Assembly (NCBI GenBank): GCA_002633005.1
Contig: NMRA01000445.1
Span: 311,816 to 375,815 of the forward strand
Length of the DNA stretch: 64,000 nucleotides
DNA from: Phoronis australis
Lineage: Eukaryota > Animalia > Phoronida
Direction of reading: 5' to 3'
The notes under the pieces were generated by a model, which saw only the letters and a list, made by a program, of their open reading frames with translations, had not been told where the DNA came from and searched no databases. Shown here one piece after another: positions 1-11,672 of the stretch. Both the position numbers and the translations under genes were made by a program. Every line of letters begins with the position of its first letter. The first letter of the stretch is position 1.

Positions 1-146
1 TTTTCGCCAGCTCCGCCACGATGACTGATGTGGCGCGCGACAAACTTCAGATGCTTCTTGGCGTGCAACAGATGCGGAAAGAAAAACAAAATGACGGACG
101 TTGTGACGTAGGCAAGTGCGAACGTCAGTAGTATGTCCACTGCCAT
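1..146 (-). CDS. GDPD1: 5' part of a GDPD1/GDPD3-like lysophospholipase D paralog, running off the left edge
   Basis: The reverse strand from the ATG at 146 reads MAVDILLTFALAYVTTSVILFFFPHLLHAKKHLKFVARHISHRGGAGE: an N-terminal TM segment plus the SHRGG motif, collinear with the N-terminus of the 5339-6277 ORF. Confidence 0.85.
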   Translation of the reverse strand, partial: MAVDILLTFALAYVTTSVILFFFPHLLHAKKHLKFVARHISHRGGAGE

Positions 147-3100
147 GATCTACAACAAAAATAAAAGTACGTTAATAAAACACGCTTTTCAGGAAGATCC
201 TTGTCAAAAGGCCGGCAGATTTTAATGCACTCTGAGACTTTCACGGGAATACGGCTTTAATGACTAGTTCAGGCTCCGCAGTAAGGGGGGCGAACCCGTA
301 CAAGTCTACCCCGCCCCTGACATGAAACCTGGAAAACAGTAAAATAGTTCAACAGGGATGTCTACGGTAATTGGTTTTGGAGATTTTTGTGAATAAATAC
401 AAAGGAAAACATGTTGCACAAAATTTTGAGCAACTATCGAAATGTTGTCAGAGCTAAATTCGTGTTATTGCTGTCAACTTTACGCGTTTACTTCATGGTT
501 TATTGTGAATGAAGATTCTTTGAATCACGAGTCCTTCATGTACCACTGCGTGATCTTAAATAGCAGATCCGATCCCACTAAAGTGAACTTGTTGCATGAA
601 CGTCTTAACCGGGCCGGAATGGATAATCGATATCAACAACAGAGGGCCTTCGGCAAAAAGTACCGGGTATCGACTGCTCTCCTAAATGGACTCTCTTAAG
701 AACATATGAAACATTGGCAAACAACAGCAAGCGACATCAATTATGTACACTATTCGTGAAAATTACGGAAAGTTCTGGTAACACAGAAAACAAATCGGGC
801 AGCGCTGCGGCAAGATCCGAAGTGCATGCCAAAAATACGGAAAAAAACGCCACTGACAGCAAAATAATTATAAGGAAAAGAAACAAAAACGAGATTTTGT
901 GTCAACTAAAATCATTTGCCGCAGTAGATGGAACTTGCAGTTGCCCCCCCCCCCCCAAAAAAAACAGAACATTTTCAAGCATCAAGATACTAATCCCAAA
1001 CAGCCACAAACGTGACTGAGACTGGGTTAAAAACCATGCAAAGCCATTCAGGCCGCAATCAAAAGAACTTGACGACCGCTATAGTGAAGTTCGTATAATT
1101 GTACAACATACATACCAGACAGTGTGACGCAATGAATCGCGGAGTAGACATATTCATTATTCAGTGTTATCCCACTCAGTAGCACGAGACGTCACGTCGG
1201 GAAGTAGCATTAAGTTTTGACCCCATAAAATAATGACCCCATGGATCTCCGAATGTCGAAAATGATCATGGGTTGTTTATGATTAGGTTCGCTAAATTCG
1301 CAGTGAGTGAACATCAGTTCGTGAGAAAATGACCCCAGAAACATTTTCAACAGACAAGCCTAGTGACCATTATAACAGTGAGTGACGAACTCATCGCCGT
1401 GAAGACGTGATTCTACATATAGTCACGTTTTATCTTCTGTAATTCTAAGAAAATGCAGTAGGCCTACATGGAGACTCACAGAGAAACGGCGCTGCATCAT
1501 GGTGGTGTTGTCATCACGGCAAATCGGCTGATTTCACAGTATTGACAACCAGCTGCAGGGCTTCGGCGATCATTGAGCAGGTGGGTCAGTGGGGGGCGGT
1601 GCCCATGTTGCAGCCCTGAATTGCACCCCCGGCTCCGTTGAGAACAATTTCCCCCACCCCAGCCCTTACGCCAATGATTGACTCTCATCACCAGCCGTGC
1701 CGGGTAGGCCTACTTTTAGTATTCGCCCGCCCCAGGCTCGGGTGGCTCGCGCGGGCAGTCGGCAAACAGCCACCATAGCCCGGTGGCCCCGGCCGCCAGG
1801 CAGTGCTATGAGACGCCACTGAATACGCAGGTCACTTCAATCAGCTTACGAATTCGACCAAACAACTGGCACAAACCAACTTTTTGGACTGAGGACACAT
1901 TTTTCACAGCGGGGTCAAAGTACGGTACAAGTCGGAGGACCTGTCCACGTTAGAAGTGCTGATCGAGTGACATCCTGCCGACTGTCAGTACACCCTGGCA
2001 CCCCCCAAAACTGCCACGAATTGCTTCCCTACCCCTTTCAATGAACGAAGTCTCTGATTTGCAACAGCACGCCGAAAGCAGAAACGGGAGTACCCGATCG
2101 GCTAACGCCGGAACCCGACGCACAAACAGTCAATTATGTTGACATACCTAATTTATCCAGACTCAACTGGCAGGACCGGTCCCAGTCCTGTTGTCACCGG
2201 GACACGGTCAAGATTTTGAGAACAGAACTGTCAACAGCTCGGCAAGCGAGACGGGCAGCTATTTCGAAATAATCCGACTGAGATCGATAGAGTGGCAACC
2301 CGAACATTCGTCCCCGACGATCTACGAACACAATCCTTCAACACAGAATTGTCTAAACAGCAACATTCAGGACTACGGTCTGATATTATTGACTTGTAAT
2401 GTTCGGGGAAATTTGAGCAGCCAAACACAGCTGAGATTTGCCAATACCTTGTACGGAGCCACCGGCTGTCTTACCTGCCAACTTCAGGCCACACAGCTGA
2501 TTGCCGAAAAGGGAACCTATCAACCGTCGTGAAAATACAGAGCGCCATCTGTCGAAAAATGCGGAAGTAGCGGGGTTCTTGACACTCCAGCGGATCAAGT
2601 TGGCAGAAAAAATGTTAAATGTTCTCGACGTTCTAGACAAGAATTGTGACCCAATATNAAGTCGAATGTGGTAATAAAATTCGTGCAAAATAAGACGAAA
2701 TCAGCCATGAAAGAAACATGGAAATAGCTTTTACAAGACTTTGTCCGTGTCCTGGAATCATGGAATGCCCTGATAAATATCTGAAACCTTTTTGTATATA
2801 ATACGCCCTCGGCCAACCTGTGACTTTGGTATTAACAAAAATGTCATTTATTAATGTAGAATGCAGAAAAAATCCATTAAAGGCTTTTGTCACCAGAGTT
2901 TTGAAAAACAATAGAGAGAGTAGGGTTTACTATTCAAGCATGAAATCTGTGGTAGGCCTACTTTAGGAAAACACGAAAAATGGCACTTAGTACAGTTACA
3001 ACGCCCGTAAACTGTATATCAATTATTAGTTTGTTACAATAAATTTTGGAAAAATGTGAATTTGAAGGCCAACTAGTGGCTTGCATGAAACTTAAACGTT

Positions 3101-5338
3101 ATGTTTGTTTCCCCAATCCCCCTACTGAGATCTGAACTATTTAGGAGCATATTTGATAGTTCAGACAATGGGATATTTTCTATAAAGTTTCCTTAGTTGA
3201 GTCCGGCATCACCGTTTGCGAGTTGTTCAGTTAGCTAGCCTTGTGTTTAATTTTTAAGCGCACGTATGGTGACGTCAGTGTTTGCTTCGAATTTGTAAAT
3301 GCCATCGTCTTGGGGATTTCATAACTCAGAGTAATGGAGCCGGAGGTACAACAGAACTGTCATGCTGGGTTAAATATTAATTTCGGAAGCAAAAAGTTAA
3401 TAAAATTACATTCATGCACTGAAAATGGTATGTGCAATTATCATGGGAAACACATTGTCAAAATCCACTGAAAGCAAAACGCCATAGGAACGTATAGTAC
3501 ACGTCGGCAGTAGGCTACACGGCAGAATTTAGATAATCTTTCAGATTGTGCAGCGAAATAGTACAAATTTGAGTCATGCAGCGGCACAACCATGCAGCCA
3601 TGGCAAACCCGCATCTACGGTAATGAAACTGCGAATGATGGAAACTATGGTTCTTTCGACAAACAGGCACAAACCTGTACGGCTATTTGTCGTATTTGTT
3701 TGCCTGGTTTCGCCCGCAATAAAAACGACTTCCTTTACAGCTGGTGATAAATGATCATGTAGACAACAACAACACCCAGACCCAACTTCATGATTGGTTT
3801 TCTAGAATGTTCTCAATGCTCAAGATGTAAGATTTCAGGTAAATCCGGCACTGAACGGACAATTACAATCTGTATCATAAGAGATTGTTTCCGATTAGCA
3901 TAAAATGAACTCAAGCACAAACCAAAAATTAATACTGACGTGTTCATTGATGCTTTCAGTAGGCCTACACTTTTGCCGAGTTACAGTCTATAGTTTTACA
4001 GATATTTGGCAAAATGACCAAACTTTTCAATTACGTCCAACATGATAACCTTTGCTACGTAATGATTGTCAGCACATCACTGATTATTAGTAACGTACAA
4101 ATCATCCAACCATGCAATTATACTAATTGTAGCCATATTCTGAAGAGGCTGAGTACTCGGTTGAAATGCGCGATTAAAATATTTTTTAGAAACAGTTATT
4201 TGGAGTTTAAGTCTCATTTAAGTCTTAACCCGTTTTTCATAACATGTACCCCATGGTTTTATAGAATTTTTACCGCACCTTATATGTACATGTAGTTTTG
4301 ACGAAAAGGTAAGGTATTACCCAAACATATCCAGAACAATTTGACATCCTCCTACTTTTTAGTAAAAAATTTAGTGCTACACCGCAGATTTCTTGGCCAA
4401 AGGCTCGTTAGCATAACATAGACATGTTTCCTCAAAGAACAAGTACACTCCTCAAAATTCGACAGCTAATTTTTGAGGGAGCAGGGGGCGCCCTCCTGCC
4501 ATCATGACCAAACATGATGTCGACATCGAATTTTGAGTTATCGTGAATTAAATGTGGTGCCCCCTCCCTCTCGTGATAGAACCACCAATATCATTGCGCA
4601 TGTTGTGGTGAATTCCCTTGATGCTCCACTTCGGTAGAAATTAAGCGAAAAACACACTGGGGTCCTGGATACGACTCATTTATTGTACTCCTCAACCGGA
4701 ACTGCCAATACGCAGCAGGCCACAACTCATATGAAACACAATCGCAGTTTACCTAACAATAGTTTGTATACAAATCCCAATTGACCCTTATATTTACATA
4801 TAAACAGACTGAGTTACAACAGCACTCACTCACATTTTAATTTCAACGGTCTATTATTCATTTCGCGATCATTAATGTACCCGATTGCACAGCCAGACTG
4901 AAAACAGACTGGTAGTTCTGAAATCGCACAGTACAACAATTCTGATTTTTACGAGTCATGTCCACGCTTCTTCGCTTTCACATGTACTAGTAAAGACATC
5001 TCATATCCTTACAATTGTGTGATTCATCACTGTAAACGTGATTCTGGATGCGCGATACTCTTCCCTCATTAATCAACTCAGGAGTGCCTGCCATTTTGAA
5101 GTGTGTGAGTAATGCCGGGCAGTGCATTTTTACCGCCACGAGAGGAGAGTTCGATCCAGGGTGGGTCTATTTCATTTGACGTTTTAGAGCAGAACCAGTG
5201 TCTTTCCAGGCTCGTTAAAGACCACTATGAATCACAAAATATATAACAACCATTATACTATTATATTGACACTGTGCTAGGTTTATACGCACACAGTTTC
5301 CCCTTTACTGGCATAACTGTCCCACTTAGTAACTATAC

Positions 5339-6277
5339 TCAATGGCTATGAAACTTTGAGGGGAAGTCGGTTATGATACCGGAAACGTTATAATGTTTCG
5401 CAAGGGCGTACTGTTCTTCGGTGTTAATGACCCAAAGAAACACACGAATACCGCGCTTCTTCAAGTGGAAAAAAAGAAGGCGATTCATCAAGATGAGGTC
5501 AAGGAAAAGATACAACGGATACCTCGCCAGTCTTCGTATAGCAGACATCTTTCTTTTATCCCGCAAATACATTCGAGGAATTGAAATTTCCAGGCAGTGT
5601 TCCTTTAGCGGTAGAAATGGAAGCAGACCGGTATAAAAAGCGGCAACCAGGGCAATTATACGTTTCAATGAAAACATTAAAGGGATACGGGGGTTTGCCT
5701 TGTAGCATTTCCCTGCAACAGTAGCGGACTTATTCCCCCACACTGTGATTTCCTCTCGATTGAATTCCGCGATCAGATCTCTGACCTTCTCTATAAGAAG
5801 GTCATTGTCTACTTTAACATCGACATTTATGGGAGTGTTCGGGAATTCCTTAAACAGTTCGCGTAGCGTGATTATTCTCCTATCGCCATTACCTTCAGTC
5901 ACGTGAACGTAGCCAAACTGAGAGTAAAGCTCTAGGTCCGGCAATAACATCGGCAAATTCTCGAAATCGGTCTCAGAAATTCTGACATCCTGCCCCGTGA
6001 CTCGCTTTAAATCATCGTCATGTGACACGACGACATGGCCATCTTTGGATAGCTGAGTGTCAATCTCCAGCATTTCCGTTTCCATGGCAACCGCGTGCTT
6101 AAAGGCGCTTAGAGTGCTTTCCAAATTCTCGCCAGCTCCCCCGCGGTGACTAATGTGGCGCGCGACAAACTTCAGCTGCTTCTTGGCGTGCACCAGGTGC
6201 GGAAGGAAGAAGAAAATGACGGACGTTATGATGTAGCCAAGTACAATAGTCGATACTATGGCTATGACCACTGCCAT
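5339..6277 (-). CDS. GDPD1: Glycerophosphodiester phosphodiesterase domain protein (GDPD1/GDE4-like lysophospholipase D), 312 aa, uninterrupted CDS
   Basis: N-terminal TM helix, HISHRGGAGENLE, EMLEID, VVVSHD, PINVDVK, second hydrophobic segment (AFYTGLLPFLPLKE), WVIN and GIITDFP. All are characteristic GDPD1/3 motifs at normal length. Cannot distinguish GDPD1 from GDPD3. Confidence 0.93.
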   Translation of the reverse strand: MAVVIAIVSTIVLGYIITSVIFFFLPHLVHAKKQLKFVARHISHRGGAGENLESTLSAFKHAVAMETEMLEIDTQLSKDGHVVVSHDDDLKRVTGQDVRISETDFENLPMLLPDLELYSQFGYVHVTEGNGDRRIITLRELFKEFPNTPINVDVKVDNDLLIEKVRDLIAEFNREEITVWGNKSATVAGKCYKANPRIPLMFSLKRIIALVAAFYTGLLPFLPLKEHCLEISIPRMYLRDKRKMSAIRRLARYPLYLFLDLILMNRLLFFHLKKRGIRVFLWVINTEEQYALAKHYNVSGIITDFPSKFHSH

Positions 6278-9229
6278 GACCTAAAACAAAAATAAATATT
6301 ATTAAAACGCATAACAAGATAATCCTGCTTATAATGTGAGCATAATTTAACTTAACGTGTACTAGAACTAAACGGCAACATAATGGCTGAAGTTCAGCTC
6401 CCAGTGCGCTAAGGGTGCGAACCACAGCAAGAGAAGCATGCGGGGAGTTCTGTCCGTCATTGATTTTGGAGATTTATGTTAAAACAAAGACAGTTTTGCG
6501 TAAAAAATAGAAGCATTTTAACGAAAGACTCTGAACAACCGTTGGAGTGTCGTCTGAAATCAAATTTCCGTTATTTTTTGTCAACTTTGAGCTTTTCCTG
6601 GACGGTTCATTGCCCCACCTAGATAGTCTTTTTGAAAGACGAGTCTTTCGTATACTACGCCACCACAATGTCACTAGTCCAATAAGAGAACTCATGTCCA
6701 ATGAAATTCTAAATAAGGGGTAGATAATAGTCGGACATCAGAGTATACCAGATGCAAACATTGGCGACAGAGGATTTCCATTTTCGGCGTTGCAGGAGAG
6801 AAAAAGTGTATGGAAGAGGCCTCCTCTAAACTGCAAACTACGTCATAAGATGGCTAAGTCAAGTACAGGGGGCCTGGACCTCTTTGTTGATAAGCACAAG
6901 GTCACTGGGAATTTTTTCATTGGCGTTCGTTGATTCCCCAGCAACATTATTTCACGCCCCCTTGNTGATAATTACAGGGACCAGACATGTTCAAATCCGG
7001 TTGTAGGTTTGAACTATCACTTGAACTAAGATTCAGTAATATGAAAAATATTAATAATATACGTTAGTAAATGCACAACAATTTTTAACCTTCTGTGGTA
7101 TACAAAAACGCACTCCGCCATAATACCGAAAACTATTTCTAAAATATGCGTGAAAGATTTCATTGAAATGGTCTGAGTTTATCTGATTGCCCATTTTCCA
7201 AACAATGTTGTCTTTTAAATTATCTGCTTTTCTATTTCAGTCTAAACTAATATCTGCTTCAATTTTGGAAATTTCCGAAGGAACGCACACGTTACTGTTT
7301 AATGCTAGACACGTGTAGAACACCAGAATGGTGTTCCATTGACGTTGAAAAAATGTTTTTTCACTCCATCAGATTCAAAAAACAATTAGTATGAACAAAG
7401 ACATTTTTTGAATCTGGAACATGGCATCTTCATCGCAACAAACGCAAAAGTAATACAGATAAGTCTAAATGCTATAATTATTGAGTTTTTAAAATACAAG
7501 TAGATCTGTTCACGAAGTTAGACTTTATAAAGTCTGGCTTCATGAGCAGATTTGTCTCAAAAGCGATCACTACACGCTATCTTCTTTTGATTGGGCGCTC
7601 GATCTTTCGGAAGTGTTTTTAGGGATGCACGGCGTGTTAGGAAAGTCCCACAATCAGCAACCACAAAATACAAACGCAGAAAGTGCTTTGGATATCCTCT
7701 CAATGAAAATATTCTCTATTTACTGATCGGCGTTTGGGATACCTCGCCATCAAGACGGTGAAATGGCGACTCACTGTATATGAAACCACTGGCTGCGCCG
7801 CATTAGTATGTCGTGTGTACACCAAAATGTATCTCAGTGGCAAACAGCTTGTGGACTGTTTTCAGCACCCAATCGTCAGCAAGACTCAGTCAAGAATTCG
7901 AGAGCAATAACAGTCAAAACAGCCCAAGCTCAGATACAAGCCGAGCAACAGCATCGAAATACACCGACTGAAAGAGGCAAGTTTGCAGTCGGTGGGCAAC
8001 TTCATCGATCCATTCCCACACTGTACGTTCACCTCTAGACATCCGGGATCACACGTACTCCGTTCTAACTCAGATCTATCAAGGAGACTGACCTTTCTGT
8101 ACAATAGTTCGACGTCTGACTAGCTAGTGTGACGCAAATGCTTACCGTTACAGATAACATTCTGAGCAATCACTATTACTAAACAATGCTGAAATTGATA
8201 CACCTTGCGACAAACCGGTGGTCTTCTACGGACGTCGAATCACCGCTGACACCAATCCCGTTGGTGTCAACAATCCGTCTGAGTGACAAGCTGTGCGCGC
8301 AGGCCACAACAACGAATAGTGAAAAACACTCTGTGCTTGACCTAATATATTACACAGCTACTGACGTCACATTGATGGTGGTGCGTGTCACAAGAGTTCA
8401 TGACTGAACCAACAAGGATGCGAGTACGACGGAATATTTTTAATCGAAAATGAGGGTTCTTATTATAGAAGCCTGAGGTGGCCACATCTGACCCCAACGT
8501 AACAAAGCACCGGCCTTCGGGAACAATTCACACCTCCACAAACTTAATTTGTATTGATCAGTATTTTTGAATGACCTAATTCGATCAAGCAATTTATCAA
8601 ATTGGCGCGCCCCGTAACGTCTAGGAGATTTATTGTTTATTGATTGTTATTTTTGCACAGGTAACTGCCTGCGTCTGCGACATGAAGTGGGGTTTGGAAA
8701 CGAAAGCCTCAAAACTGAATGTAAAGGTTCACGGTGCAACAGGAACACGCCGGCTTTCAGAAATACTACCTCAAAAACTGGCGTTTTGTCAATCAATTGA
8801 CAACAACACTGTTGTTGGCAATACCCGACCACTGACATGTACGTTCTACCTGCCACTTCAAATTTTTATTCAGTAGACACGTCATCGCACTGAGTAATGA
8901 GGAGATAGACAGTTGTTGCTATTCATCATTGAACGTCGACGCACTCGATGACTCATTTAATGAAAAAACTACATGTAAACAGGCACGTAAATAAGCCACT
9001 TGCAAGGAAGCGAGATGAAACACATGTAGCTGAATCAAGTATTATTGAAGACAACACATTAATTGGATAAAGTCTGTTTAGTTTAAAAAACCGGTTCTCC
9101 AATAGGCCTACTGCTTGATTGATGAACAATGAACAAACTTATTTATGTTGCTCGGTCGTTATCTCTAAGTTCCAGTAACTTTTTTCTTATAAATAAAGGA
9201 AACATGCTTTAGCCATGGGCTAATATACA

Positions 9230-9406
9230 ACATGGTCCCCAACACTAGGTTCCCATTCACTCCCTTGCACACATTCACAAGCAATACCGGACTCAGAGGA
9301 ATAAGAAACACCTTTGTGCAATGCTCGAATGTCAGCCGGTGAAGCCAGGATTTGAACCCAGGTCTCTCACGCGGGAGTCCGGAGCTCTAAACACTGAGTC
9401 ATACTG
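9230..9406 (-). mobile_element. tRNA-derived SINE
   Basis: The reverse strand has an A-box-like TGACTCAGTG and B box GGTTCAAATCC at tRNA spacing, followed by a non-tRNA body ending GAGTGAATGGGAACCT. Confidence 0.6.
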
Positions 9407-10670
9407 TGTGCGACTGTTCTACCCTAAAGAAAGGGCTCACGAAAAAAATCGCCATTGTTTTTTCTTTTTTTGTCGCCAAACTACTAATTAACATGGGATA
9501 AAAATTTCGAAAAGATATATAAATTCAGGGAATATTTGTATACCACCATTTCCAAATTTTGAATGAGCTGTCCCACTCCAAAAATAGTATGTTTTGTTAC
9601 CCTTTGGACAGGGCACAAATCATGTGAAATTTTTCTCCGAGTGAAGTTTTTCAGCCGAGACGAGTAACACAATTTTTTCTTAGTAAACCGCGGGCGGCCG
9701 ATCAGCTTGAGCTGACGACAGCATTTCAGTTATACAGCGCAGCGCGCCTGCGGTGAGTAATGACAGACTGAGATACATGGCATCATGACCTAGGTCGGAA
9801 GACGTTACCTAACTATAAAATGGGTCATTGACCTCAGGAGAAAACTTGGCTTATAATGTCACAAAATGGTATAGAACATTATCTGGGCTTGATAATTCAT
9901 TCATCTTCTGTAAAATAAACCAAGAGATGTCGAGATTACGTATTTTGTTGGGTACTTTGTGAGGTTTGTGCCTACTTCAGAAAGAAAACTAATCACTGGG
10001 AAAAACGAAAATCACTTAGACATCTACACCCTGTTGACAATTTCCCTGCAAACCTTTGGGGAGAATGTGTCAGGACTTTGCTGAGAGACATTTGAATCAA
10101 CTCTACATACACTCACAATTTTGTATAATTCTTCTGTAGTATTCGGAAAGCCATATGTAGTATTATAGCTCTTTAGACTTAGAGATAAATATATCGAGTT
10201 CCGGTTCCATCAGCGTTGTTGTTCCTACATGGTGGCAGCGGTGGTTTGTGTCATTTTGGTGATTCTGGCCAACCAACTGGGCATTATAAACTGATACCTT
10301 CCAACGGTTTGTGTCAAGGATCTTTCGTGCTGTTTTCGGAGGATTTTGTTAGTGAAATATCAGAAAATAGCCTGGAACTGTTGATAGTTGTCGTACACTG
10401 AGTACTTCGAAATTTTCCATGACGTCATAGACACATGTGCATTGTATATATTTTGAGGTGACAGTTCACATGATCGAAGTTCGCGGGGAAAGTGTGAGGC
10501 TGTATAGGATAACTTTTACGCGCGACTTTACATTATAAGTAGCGATACATAAAAGTTAGTGAATTTATTGACCGAATAAATTTACCAGTAACTGCACGAG
10601 TGACACGCAACATTAGTGAACACGTTAACGAAGTGACACATAAACTGACAACATTCAGAACATTACAAAA

Positions 10671-10764
10671 ATGGCAACATATCAGATACCGGCCCCAACC
10701 CCAATGTCAGTACAGGGGAATGTGGCAGAGAACTGGCTTGAATTTGAAACCGCGTGGATAGACT
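10671..10764 (+). pseudogene. gag: gag N-terminal fragment of the Gypsy element
   Basis: MATYQIPAPTPMSVQGNVAENWLEFETAWID resembles Mag-type gag starts (GN..ENW..F...W); cut off by the MITE at 10765. Confidence 0.75.
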
Positions 10765-11672
10765 CAGTGGCGGATCTAGGATATCACAAGGGGGGGCCCA
10801 ACATTTTGTCTGGCTGTAAGCATTTGCGCAAACCGAACCACGATTGTAGATGCGCATAGCACCGACAGGAATTTTTTCTGTTTTTACCTCCAAAAATCAA
10901 GCATTTTGCTTGATTCCTGAAGTATTATCCAAGAAAAAAAGGCCAAAAAAAAAAAACACAAAAAAAAAACGGAGAAAGTGTCAAACAAGAAAAACTGCAA
11001 GTTTTAAAGACTCGAACTCACGACCTCGAGTTCAGTGCACGCGTGCGTTACCACTACGCCACCACGATTTAACTACTAGTCTCGTACTAAGAGACCTACT
11101 TGTTTATGGTCTACAGCGTTTGCGCGCGAAACCTACTTCTTTTTGTAATGCTTATTACACGTTTTATATTTTGTGCCATCGATTCTTAACAAATTTGTCG
11201 TATTTTAAATAGTCTTCAAATGCCAAAAAGACCAAATCCGTTTTTCGTCTTGGCAATGATGACGGGATTGCTTTGGAAATCGTCTTAAGATAAGGTTTGG
11301 CAAAGAGAGTATTACGAGTTTCTGCGTGATTCACTAAGGCTTCGATTAAAATTCACATCTTACCAGCAGCTTCTGTTTTTTCATCGTCACTCAGGTTCCA
11401 TTTTCTGTGAAAAATGAAGTAAATTTTCTTCATTGCACAGTGGAGCAGACGACGGAAACGGAGTGCCACTGCCGGTCGCCTGGGATATCGCGGGAGAGCC
11501 TATACTTAGCCATAGTTCCGTTACGAATGCGCCGTGTTCCGAATTTGACACTTGAAATTGGATTTGAGCCCCACCCCTCAACACTAAAACTTCCCTACGC
11601 TCTTACTGTGTTATTTTTTTGCGGCAGCCAAGGGGGGGGGGCGGGCCCCTGCCCCCCCTAAATCCGCCTATG
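10765..11672. mobile_element. Non-autonomous DNA transposon (MITE) nested in the Gypsy element
   Basis: Imperfect TIRs CAGTGGCGGATCTAGG ... CCTAAATCCGCCTATG with G/C-run subtermini. The same termini occur in a copy at 44893-45211. Confidence 0.8.

Noticed and set aside
442-2911. Several 60-113 aa ORFs between the GDPD paralogs
   Set aside because: No motifs or splice support; overlapping in multiple frames within repeat-like DNA.
4601-4982. Possible minus-strand solo LTR (TG...CA, TTTATT)
   Set aside because: No TSD and no second copy in the window.
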